Assembly (NCBI GenBank): GCA_947453935.1
Contig: CANGJU010000002.1
Coordinates: 754-64,753, forward strand
Length of the DNA: 64,000 bases
Source of the DNA: Bacteroidota bacterium
GTDB lineage: Bacteria > Bacteroidota > Bacteroidia > AKYH767-A > OLB10
Reading direction: 5' to 3'
Shown here piece after piece: positions 30,086 through 37,589 of this stretch (position 1 is its first letter; each line of letters begins with the position of its first letter). The notes beneath the pieces are model-generated. The model saw only the letters and a program-made list of their open reading frames with translations. It was not told the origin of the DNA and did not search any database. A program made the translations under genes and the position numbers.

Positions 30086-30808
30086 ATGAAAAAATATTCC
30101 TTCCTCCTATTCTTTGTTACTTGCTTACTTTATGCATGCAGCAACGGACAAAACACTGGTAATTCTTTAATAGATCCAGCTACATTTAGCGAGAAACTAA
30201 AATCGACTCCCAACCTAACGCTGGTGGATGTCCGCACACCCGAAGAATATGCAGGAGGGCATTTACCAAACGCCATTAACATTGACTGGAACGGAGATCA
30301 ATTTAATGCCACAACAGAAAAACTAGACAAAAGCAAACCGGTATTTGTTTACTGCATGAGTGGCGGAAGAAGTCATAATGCAGCGCAGGACTTACAAAAG
30401 CGCGGCTTTAAAAGCGTAACGGAATTAAAAGGTGGAATATTAAAATGGAGAGCGGCAGGTTTACCAGAAGAAAATGGAACTACATCCAATACTGCTTCTG
30501 GTCTATCTGAAATGACCAAGATGGACATGGATAAAATGATCATTGAGAACAAGCTTATCATATTCGATTTCTTTGCTGAGTGGTGTGGGCCTTGTAAAAA
30601 GTTGAAACCTGAATTAGAAGCACTAGAAGCAGCGCACAAAGGTCAGGTGAAAGTAGTTCGCATCGACGTTGATAAAAACAAAGCCCTAGCCCGAGAACTA
30701 CAGATCACTGAAATCCCCATTATCATGATCTACAAAAACAAACAAATCCAATGGACTGGCACCGGCTATTTCCCGATGAAGGATATTGAGGCAAATTGCG
30801 GATTTTAG
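30086..30808 (+). CDS. Lipoprotein fusing a rhodanese domain to a thioredoxin domain
   Basis: 240 aa with lipobox LLYAC. Rhodanese active-site loop CMSGGRS and thioredoxin WCGPC. Confidence 0.85.
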   Translation: MKKYSFLLFFVTCLLYACSNGQNTGNSLIDPATFSEKLKSTPNLTLVDVRTPEEYAGGHLPNAINIDWNGDQFNATTEKLDKSKPVFVYCMSGGRSHNAAQDLQKRGFKSVTELKGGILKWRAAGLPEENGTTSNTASGLSEMTKMDMDKMIIENKLIIFDFFAEWCGPCKKLKPELEALEAAHKGQVKVVRIDVDKNKALARELQITEIPIIMIYKNKQIQWTGTGYFPMKDIEANCGF

Positions 30809-31036
30809 AGGAATAATTATTTTCAAAATTTTGTATTGCCTTACTACTTAGAAATTGTTTACTCGTTTTACTATTGTAGCTACATCAAAAGTAAAATGGT
30901 AAATTGATTTTAACATTGCTTGAAATTATTCAGGTTATAAAGGCATAAATTTTCAACACGACTACCATTTTAAAAAGCTTCATTAGTTAGCAGTTTTAAA
31001 AACTGCAAAAGACTTTCCCTAAATCATACCAATTGT

Positions 31037-32944
31037 ATGCTTCCCTACTTTAATTTCGCAACATTCAATTTCAAACATAAAACAATCGTGCGTAAACTAT
31101 TCTTATTTCTAATTATAACAACAGCGAGTCAATCGGTGGCTCAAATTAATCTAGATACTGTTATAATTCAAGAGAACCGTATTCAGCTTCCATTTAGCTC
31201 TCAAAATCGTGATATTCGCATCATTGGCAAAAAAGAAATAGCAGCGCTACCTGTTCGCACCGTTTCCGATTTACTTGGCTATACAGCAGGCATCGACCTT
31301 CGTCGCAGAGGACCTGTTGGAACGCAAGCCGACATCAGTATCGATGGTAGCAACTTCGACCAAGTGCTCGTACTGGTAAATGGCATTAAAATGAGTGACC
31401 CTCAAACTGGGCATCATATGCTCAACTTACCAATTCCACTTTCTGCTATTGACCATATTGAAGTACTTCGAGGACCGGCCGCTTCCGTCTACGGAGTTAA
31501 TGCCCTTGCTGGCGCCATCAATATTATTACCAAAACACCTGAATCAAATTCAGTCAGCGTAGAAATGTATGCGGGATCAAGCTTTCAAAGTGATAGCAGC
31601 AATGGAGATACTTACTTTAATATTGGAACACAAGCAGCAGTTTCATTAGTTGGCAAAACGAATAACCAATTGATAACGGCATCGCATGACCAAGGAAATG
31701 GTACGCGCTACAATACAGGATTTAATGCGAGTCGTATTTATTACAAATTACAACAGACAATAAACACCAAAAATAAACTTGACATTGAAGGGGCCTATAT
31801 CAATAATGATTTTGGTGGCAATGGGTTTTATGCTACTCCATACGATGTTAATTCTACCGAAAGAGTTCAAACAGCTTATGGAAGCATTCGACAGACTTAT
31901 TCTCCAAACGAAAAACTCACAATTCGACCTGGTATTGGTTTACGTTATAATGCAGATGATTATATTTTCATTAAACAAGATCCCGACTATTACAAAAACC
32001 ATCACGAGACCAATGTAATTACAGGCGAAGTTCAAAGTACCTACAAGATTAAAAACGGATTTTTAGCAAGCGGAATAGAATATCGCAAAGAAGCTATCAA
32101 CAGCAATAATCTCGGAGAGAGAAATCGTGATAATACTGGTTTTTATGCCGAATACCGCCAATTTATTAAACAAAGCTTTAGTACTACAATTGGTATTTAT
32201 GGAAACTATAACAGCGATTTTGGATGGAACCTCTACCCCGCTATCAATGCTGGTTTAATTATTTCCGACAATTGGAAAATTTATGCAAATGCAGGGACGG
32301 GTCAACGGTTACCAACTTTTACAGACTTATATTACGATGGCCCTTCGAATATAGGCAACGTTGAACTTAAACCGGAAAATGCAACATTCAGTGAAATTGG
32401 TATTCGATATAAAAAAAATATTATAAGTGCGCATTCTGCACTATTTTATAGAAGTGTGAACAATATGATTGACTATGTTCGCTCTTCCAATTCTGCGCCT
32501 TGGCAGCCGATGAACTATCAGACAGTTAACACTTCAGGATTAACAACCGATTTACTTATCGATTTTAATAAAGCTTTACATTGGGGCGAAGGCCACCCTT
32601 TTAATTTGCATGTATCGTATACCTATCTTGATATGTCAATTAAACTACCTGATGCATCATTATCAAAATATTCAATCGATGCACTAAGACATCAGTTCAT
32701 TGCTGGATTTACGATTCCTATTTCAAAGAAAATTTTATTGCACGCGAACGAACGCTATCTATATCGTATTAACGGTAACGACTATACCCTAATTGACGCT
32801 CGACTTGTTTATAAAAGAAATCAATTGAGCATAACTGCCGATATCAGTAATATTCTAAATACGCAATACAAAGAGATAGGAGCAATTCCAATGCCTGGCC
32901 GTTGGTATTCGTTAGGTGCACGCTATGATATTCCTTGGAAGTAA
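31037..32944 (+). CDS. TonB-dependent receptor (BtuB/CirA-size, 635 aa)
   Basis: Signal peptide and plug (DISIDGSNFDQVLVLVNGIKMSDPQTGHH, IEVLRGPAASVYGVNALAGAINIIT). 22-strand-size barrel ending in an aromatic residue. Confidence 0.85.
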   Translation: MLPYFNFATFNFKHKTIVRKLFLFLIITTASQSVAQINLDTVIIQENRIQLPFSSQNRDIRIIGKKEIAALPVRTVSDLLGYTAGIDLRRRGPVGTQADISIDGSNFDQVLVLVNGIKMSDPQTGHHMLNLPIPLSAIDHIEVLRGPAASVYGVNALAGAINIITKTPESNSVSVEMYAGSSFQSDSSNGDTYFNIGTQAAVSLVGKTNNQLITASHDQGNGTRYNTGFNASRIYYKLQQTINTKNKLDIEGAYINNDFGGNGFYATPYDVNSTERVQTAYGSIRQTYSPNEKLTIRPGIGLRYNADDYIFIKQDPDYYKNHHETNVITGEVQSTYKIKNGFLASGIEYRKEAINSNNLGERNRDNTGFYAEYRQFIKQSFSTTIGIYGNYNSDFGWNLYPAINAGLIISDNWKIYANAGTGQRLPTFTDLYYDGPSNIGNVELKPENATFSEIGIRYKKNIISAHSALFYRSVNNMIDYVRSSNSAPWQPMNYQTVNTSGLTTDLLIDFNKALHWGEGHPFNLHVSYTYLDMSIKLPDASLSKYSIDALRHQFIAGFTIPISKKILLHANERYLYRINGNDYTLIDARLVYKRNQLSITADISNILNTQYKEIGAIPMPGRWYSLGARYDIPWK

Positions 32945-32993
32945 AATACCGAGCACAAGACGATTAAAAACTTAAATTACCCACGAATTTAAA

Positions 32994-33098
32994 ATCACTG
33001 AAATCTACATTATCATGCTCTACAAAAACAAACAAATCCAATAGACCGACAAAGGTTATTTTCCTTTGAAGGATATTGAGGTTAATTGTGGGTTTTAG
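32994..33098 (+). pseudogene. Displaced copy B of the 3' end of the rhodanese-thioredoxin gene
   Basis: Ungapped hand alignment to 30704..30808 gives 89/105 identical. Reads IIMLYKNKQIQ*TDKGYFPLKDIEVNCGF* (TGG to TAG). Confidence 0.75.
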
Positions 33099-33104
33099 GA
33101 AAAT

Positions 33105-34088
33105 TTATTTCGACAACTTATTAAAGCGTGTTTGATACGCTTGCCAATAATTTCTTTTCATTCGATCATTTAAAAAAGATGCGTTAATCATCGCTTCTAC
33201 TTTTTCAGATTTAGATAACATAAATGTGATGATAGTATCACATTGCTTTTCACTGATACCTGCTCTATTGCCCAACACTTGAAATTGTTTTTTAATTTTC
33301 CCTTGCGCTAATGAAGGGGGCAAAAGACCATCATCCAGCGCGAAATCTTTATCGGCTATATGCAAGCGCGTATTTAATAAATCGTAAGCAGGACTCAATC
33401 GATAATCGCCCATTGGAGTTTCAATCACAGAAAAATTTTTCAGATGTGCATCACCGTTAGAGAAGAGGTAATTGAACAATATTAACTTAAATAGTTTAGG
33501 TGCCTCCGACTTATAAGCAGGTAAATACTTTTTCATTATTTCAAATAAGTCAGCGTAATTGCCCAGGTATTTATAATGTGCTCCATGAATTTGTGGTGTT
33601 CTACCTGCCAGAGAAGCAAAATCATCTTGTGCCCATTTACTACCATCCTCTTTTACATCGAAACGTTTGGTGAGATAAGCTGGCTCGCCATTACTAAAAA
33701 ACACCAATGCATTTTCTGCAGTATCAATACCATAAACTTGCTGCGCTAATTGCATGGTGAGGTGTTCATTCGCGGGTAGTTGATCGGCATTTTTATTTAC
33801 CGCCGGAATAGGTTTTAATATATAAGCCCCTCTCTCACCTTCATGCGTTAATCGTAATTTATTTTTATCAAGTAGCACTATAAATTTCTCTTGTACACCT
33901 GAGATAGAAATATGCACTACATTATCTTCAAATTTTTCATTTTGCTTGCTGTTAGATTTAGGCGCAGCATAAGGCAACACATGACTTACCTTTCGCCCAT
34001 TAAACATCCGCTTCAAACAAGTACGACTGTACGTATCGAATCCGGGAGCTAAAGTGCCAGGACAATATTTTATTTTTGGTGAGGGCAT
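33105..34088 (-). CDS. hipT: HipA-family Ser/Thr kinase toxin lacking the N-subdomain (HipT-like)
   Basis: 327 aa. Gly-rich loop ISISGVQEKF, catalytic loop GDAHLKNFS, and PAYDLLNT. Confidence 0.85.
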   Translation of the reverse strand: MPSPKIKYCPGTLAPGFDTYSRTCLKRMFNGRKVSHVLPYAAPKSNSKQNEKFEDNVVHISISGVQEKFIVLLDKNKLRLTHEGERGAYILKPIPAVNKNADQLPANEHLTMQLAQQVYGIDTAENALVFFSNGEPAYLTKRFDVKEDGSKWAQDDFASLAGRTPQIHGAHYKYLGNYADLFEIMKKYLPAYKSEAPKLFKLILFNYLFSNGDAHLKNFSVIETPMGDYRLSPAYDLLNTRLHIADKDFALDDGLLPPSLAQGKIKKQFQVLGNRAGISEKQCDTIITFMLSKSEKVEAMINASFLNDRMKRNYWQAYQTRFNKLSK

Positions 34089-34091
34089 GAT

Positions 34092-34412
34092 TTAATTTTT
34101 AATTACGCGAACGGCACCAATTGTATCGTACGATGCGACAGCCAATAGCAAACTGAAATAATCATCCTTATCAATTTTATTTTTTCTGCAAACTGCCTGT
34201 TTGTTGGAACCCTCTGGCAGCATATTATAAAAAAATGGAAATAACTCCTTGGAATGATATTCATTAACAATTTTGGGAAGCGTTAAGCTAATAGCAGGCT
34301 TGCTGGTATCCGACATCCACGAAGAAAAATAAGTGAACGAAAAAGTACCATCATCGTGCTGCATTAATTTTCCAGCTTGCTGATCTTTGTACAAAACGAT
34401 TGCGCTTCTCAT
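34092..34412 (-). CDS. hipS: HipA N-terminal-subdomain protein (HipS-like)
   Basis: 106 aa. MRSAIVLYKDQQAGKL...DGTFSFTY is the HipA N-terminal coupling-domain pattern. Ends 3 nt before hipT, and has a 4-nt overlap with the HTH gene. Confidence 0.8.
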   Translation of the reverse strand: MRSAIVLYKDQQAGKLMQHDDGTFSFTYFSSWMSDTSKPAISLTLPKIVNEYHSKELFPFFYNMLPEGSNKQAVCRKNKIDKDDYFSLLLAVASYDTIGAVRVIKN

Positions 34413-34645
34413 TGATTAGGTATTAATGATTTTACTTGCAGCAATAATTCTAGTCCTAGTACATCTGCCAATTTTTCAATGGTGAGCAATGTAGGATTAC
34501 CTTTTCCGCTCTCCAATTGTTTAAGAGTTCGCAGTCCTACACCCGAGAGTTCGGCCAATGCTTCCTGCGTTAAATGTAGGACTTCGCGTCTTGCTTTTAG
34601 TTGTTGAATTAAATCAGCGTGGTGCATTATATGGCATTTTAGCAT
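34409..34645 (-). CDS. hipB: XRE-family helix-turn-helix protein (HipB-like)
   Basis: 78 aa. HTH region LTQEALAELSGVGLRTLKQLESGKGNPTL. An alternative ATG is at 34627. Confidence 0.85.
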   Translation of the reverse strand: MLKCHIMHHADLIQQLKARREVLHLTQEALAELSGVGLRTLKQLESGKGNPTLLTIEKLADVLGLELLLQVKSLIPNQ

Positions 34646-34685
34646 GCAAATATAACACGATAATCAATAAAATACAATATAATGT

Positions 34686-34697
34686 GCAATATATTGC
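34686..34697. promoter_or_regulatory. Perfect 12-bp palindrome GCAATATATTGC in the hipB upstream region (candidate operator)
   Basis: Self-complementary by inspection, ~40 nt upstream of the hipB start. GTGCAAT recurs at 34746-34752. Confidence 0.35.
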
Positions 34698-34742
34698 TCT
34701 TTAAAAGTGTTTTATTTACAATTTTAGCCTAAATTCGTAAAT

Positions 34743-34762
34743 AAGTGCAATTTAATACACTT
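34743..34762. promoter_or_regulatory. Inverted repeat AAGTG-N10-CACTT (candidate second operator)
   Basis: aagtgcaatttaatacactt. Shares GTGCAAT with the first palindrome. Confidence 0.3.
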
Positions 34763-34806
34763 TCGAAAGGCTAAACTATAATTTATCAATGGCTACAATC
34801 TTTTAA

Positions 34807-34904
34807 AAATCTCCCTCATCATGAACTACAAAAACAAGCAAATGTCATGGACAGGCACGGGATATATTCCGATGAAGTATTTAGAGGTGAATTGTGTGTT
34901 TTAG
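34807..34904 (+). pseudogene. Displaced copy C of the 3' end of the rhodanese-thioredoxin gene
   Basis: Ungapped hand alignment to 30711..30808 gives 77/98 identical. Reads ISLIMNYKNKQMSWTGTGYIPMKYLEVNCVF*, with no upstream coding body. Confidence 0.7.
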
Positions 34905-34974
34905 ACTTTAGAAAAACAGCAGAACCCAATCATAAATAAAAAGCTATCCAATTACTTTTCTTGAATAAGGAATA

Positions 34975-35250
34975 TTAAATGGATTTTCCTCTAATAAAAA
35001 CCATCATCACCCAAACCACCACCTGAGCAATCAGGATAATCGCAGAGTAAAACAAAACCGCAAGGGAGCCACCACCTTTAAAATTTTCCAGGTCGGTGAA
35101 AAGAAGGATGTTTAAGAAAAGTCCACCGAGCAATAGGGTTGTTTTTAAGATCCTTTGTGATTTATTTCTAATCAAACCAACAATTGCCATTAGATAAAAT
35201 ACAAAGTAACAGGCATACAAAACACTAAACTCATTATCGGTGGGCAGCAT
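34975..35250 (-). CDS. Small membrane protein with three hydrophobic helices
   Basis: 91 aa. The helices are VLYACYFVFYLMAIVGLI, TTLLLGGLFLNILLF and LAVLFYSAIILIAQVVVWVMMVF. Lies 22 nt downstream of the 53-aa ORF. Confidence 0.45.
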   Translation of the reverse strand: MLPTDNEFSVLYACYFVFYLMAIVGLIRNKSQRILKTTLLLGGLFLNILLFTDLENFKGGGSLAVLFYSAIILIAQVVVWVMMVFIRGKSI

Positions 35251-35272
35251 CGAAAAATGAAATTAAATGCGA

Positions 35273-35434
35273 CTAACCAACTTTTACTTTTGATTTACGA
35301 ATTATAGAAGATGGTCTAGATTTTTTCGCCTTTAATTTCTTTATAAATACACTTAATGCAATCTCCTCCTCCTTAGTTAGCGGTTTGGGATCAACAATAA
35401 TTTCTAAATCGTCTTTTATAGTCTTTTTTTTCAT
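35273..35434 (-). CDS. 53-aa charged protein (acidic N-half, Lys-rich tail), not in the ORF track
   Basis: My translation is MKKKTIKDDLEIIVDPKPLTKEEEIALSVFIKKLKAKKSRPSSIIRKSKVKVG*. Its ATG overlaps the TGA of the upstream 173-aa ORF (ATGA at 35431-35434). Confidence 0.4.
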   Translation of the reverse strand: MKKKTIKDDLEIIVDPKPLTKEEEIALSVFIKKLKAKKSRPSSIIRKSKVKVG

Positions 35435-35952
35435 GGATTGTATTTGTTTAATAAATGAAGTGAGGCTTTGGTATCTAAAATCAATAAATGACCACCGAAG
35501 TGAATTGCGCCTATCTTTTCAACGTAGTGCTTAATTAATACCGTTTTGGCTCTAAAGGAAACGAAGCCTTCTTTCCCATTTTGGAAAGATAATTTACATG
35601 CGTAGGCTATTAAATTACCCGCAACACCAAGATATACTTTATTCCTGCCAATATTAAAGGGGGCATTTTCAATTAAATGAATATACACGTTATCAGCAGT
35701 AATGGAAACACTAATTAGACCTTGGATAATTTCCGTGTTATTTACGATTGTTAATTTAAAAACATCCCGATCTGGATATAACAACTCCCCTTTCCAGTCG
35801 AATTTCCATCCATTCTTTTTTGCAATTCCCTTCAGATCAACTTTTGTTAAAGGCAATATACATGTTGGAAAGCTGTCTCCTGTAATGGCGTTTTCAATAG
35901 AGTTTGTTAATTTGTCTACCTGTATATCAATAAGAATGCTTCTGCTTTTCAC
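35431..35952 (-). CDS. Hypothetical 173-aa protein with a possible GNAT-like fold
   Basis: GTG start. The core IHLIENAPFNIGRNKVYLGVAGNLIAYACKLSF...GFVSFRAKTVLIKHY resembles an acyl-CoA N-acyltransferase beta4-alpha3 region. There is no clean Q/RxxGxG/A motif. Confidence 0.5.
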   Translation of the reverse strand: MKSRSILIDIQVDKLTNSIENAITGDSFPTCILPLTKVDLKGIAKKNGWKFDWKGELLYPDRDVFKLTIVNNTEIIQGLISVSITADNVYIHLIENAPFNIGRNKVYLGVAGNLIAYACKLSFQNGKEGFVSFRAKTVLIKHYVEKIGAIHFGGHLLILDTKASLHLLNKYNP

Positions 35953-36098
35953 ATAATAAAGATAAGGAATTCAATAGATTATTTTCAACGAAAAATTTCA
36001 TTTTTGATATTACGATGCATTTAACGTAGATTTTTATTTTCGAAGCAATTTTCGCCATAATACAAATCACTTTCGCGTGCACACTTCAACGTTGCATT

Positions 36099-36170
36099 TT
36101 CAAATCGCGATGCCCTTCGAGCCACCTTACCTCGACAAGCTCGGCACAAGCAGGGACCGCCTTGCGATCA
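36099..36170. repeat. GC-rich intergenic repeat element, long form
   Basis: Starts with TTCAAATCGCGATGCCCTTCGAG and contains CAGGGACCGC..GCGA.CAAA. The 23-nt head is identical to 36233-36255. Confidence 0.55.
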
Positions 36171-36232
36171 AAGTAGCCTAATGCGTATTTCTAAAATTCC
36201 AAATACTGACGGAAAAATCAACTCATTACATC

Positions 36233-36285
36233 TTCAAATCGCGATGCCCTTCGAGTCGCCTCAGGGACCGCGTCGCGAGCAAATC
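36233..36285. repeat. GC-rich intergenic repeat element, short form
   Basis: Has the same 23-nt head and the CAGGGACCGC core, but lacks the ~29-nt insert CCACCTTACCTCGACAAGCTCGGCACAAG. TCGCGA arms can pair. Confidence 0.55.
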
Positions 36286-36343
36286 AGCACATTATCAAAT
36301 TAACGTAAAGCGTGTTCCGAACCTTTGGAACTCTGCTTTGCGG

Positions 36344-37150
36344 CTACCAGCCTCCGCCAGCGCCACCGCCGCCTGAGCTGCCGCCGCCGAAACCACCGAA
36401 GCCACCGCTAGAGCCACCATAACCACCGCCGTAACCAAAGCCACCGCTACCTCTAGTAAAATCAGAATAGCGCCCACTCTGCGTGCGAGTAGCTACGTTT
36501 AAAAGCTGCCAAGCTACCCAAAAGGATATACCATTGTTAACAGCGTATCTGCGAACACTGATAACTTTGAAAATAATTATCAATGCAAAAAAGAATAACA
36601 CGAAAAATATTGGTCCTGATCTAAACTTTCGAAAGCCCTTTTTCTGAGCTGTCGCTTTATAAGGCTCGCCTTTTACAGCATTAATTATCTTACTAACGCC
36701 ATTGTCTATACCCTCAAAGTATTTTCCTGATTTAAAAAACGGACGAATATCATTGGTGATTATCTTACCACACAAAGCATCAGGCAATGCGCCTTCAATC
36801 CCGTAACCAGTAGTAATAAACATCTGACGATCATTTATTGCTACACAAAGTAATACACCATTCTCATTACCCTTCGTTCCTATCTTCCATTCGTTAAACA
36901 AACCTGTTGAATACTCACTGATAGGCATATCCGAAGTTGTCTCAATTACTACGACTGCAATCTGTGTGGACGTAGAATCTGCAAAGGCAACCAGTTTATC
37001 TTCTAACGCCTTTACCTGATTAGCTTCTAACGTATTTGTGAAATCATTAACAAGTCTTGGTGGATCTGATGGTTTCGGATACTCGACCTGCGCCCAGCTA
37101 TTGCTGAACATAGTAATTAATAATACGAGTACAATTCCGAGTTTTTTCAT
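36344..37150 (-). CDS. TPM-domain protein (YgcG-like) with TM segment and Gly-rich C-terminal tail
   Basis: 268 aa with a signal peptide and a TPM phosphatase-like domain. The tail is GSGGFGYGGGYGGSSGGFGGFGGGSSGGGGAGGGW. Confidence 0.8.
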   Translation of the reverse strand: MKKLGIVLVLLITMFSNSWAQVEYPKPSDPPRLVNDFTNTLEANQVKALEDKLVAFADSTSTQIAVVVIETTSDMPISEYSTGLFNEWKIGTKGNENGVLLCVAINDRQMFITTGYGIEGALPDALCGKIITNDIRPFFKSGKYFEGIDNGVSKIINAVKGEPYKATAQKKGFRKFRSGPIFFVLFFFALIIIFKVISVRRYAVNNGISFWVAWQLLNVATRTQSGRYSDFTRGSGGFGYGGGYGGSSGGFGGFGGGSSGGGGAGGGW

Positions 37151-37585
37151 CTATCCAATCACTATGTCGTTAGGTAATTCATTTTTGTCGTTAGCTCGCG
37201 GAGGAAAAAACTTACTCAACACTTCACCTGTATCCTGAATGGCAGTTGTTAATCCATCGACATAATTGCCAACTTTAAAGGCAGCCACAATCTTTTGCTT
37301 CACCGATCTCCAGAATTCTTCTCCTACTTTCTGATGAATACCTGCATCACCAATAATTGCAAACTTTTTATGTCCGAATGCGACGTATAACAGTACGCCG
37401 TTACGAAGTTCCGTCTCATGCATTTTTAACTTTTCAAAAATAAATGCCGCACGGTCCATCACATCCGCTTCACATTCTTCTTCTAAGTATAAACGTATCT
37501 CGCCCGAAGTCTTTTCCTCCGCACTCGTAATCGCAGCTTTCAATTGCTGCAAATTTTGCTCTGTTAAACTTCCGGTGATAGGCAT
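37151..37585 (-). CDS. TPM-domain protein (cytoplasmic/short form)
   Basis: 144 aa. SGEIRLYLEEE...NGVLLYVAFGHKKFAIIGDAGI is the TPM/DUF477 pattern. Abuts its neighbours. Confidence 0.75.
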   Translation of the reverse strand: MPITGSLTEQNLQQLKAAITSAEEKTSGEIRLYLEEECEADVMDRAAFIFEKLKMHETELRNGVLLYVAFGHKKFAIIGDAGIHQKVGEEFWRSVKQKIVAAFKVGNYVDGLTTAIQDTGEVLSKFFPPRANDKNELPNDIVIG

Positions 37586-37589
37586 ATTC

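Noticed and set aside
30704-30808. Idea that the ~100-bp repeats are integron attC-like sites
   Set aside because: Only copy A has a terminal inverted pair (AAATCC/GGATTT), and it is not conserved in copies B and C. The repeats are direct copies of a coding 3' end, and no integron integrase is present.
36099-36255. Possible CRISPR-like repeat (23-nt identical words 134 bp apart)
   Set aside because: There are only two copies. The spacer is too long and itself shares sequence between units. There are no cas genes. This is better explained as two members of a hairpin repeat family.
36295-36477. 60-aa minus-strand ORF (Ala/Val-rich)
   Set aside because: It is an alternative frame of the GC-rich glycine-tail region of the TPM gene (36344..37150). 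It is an artefact of codon repetition.
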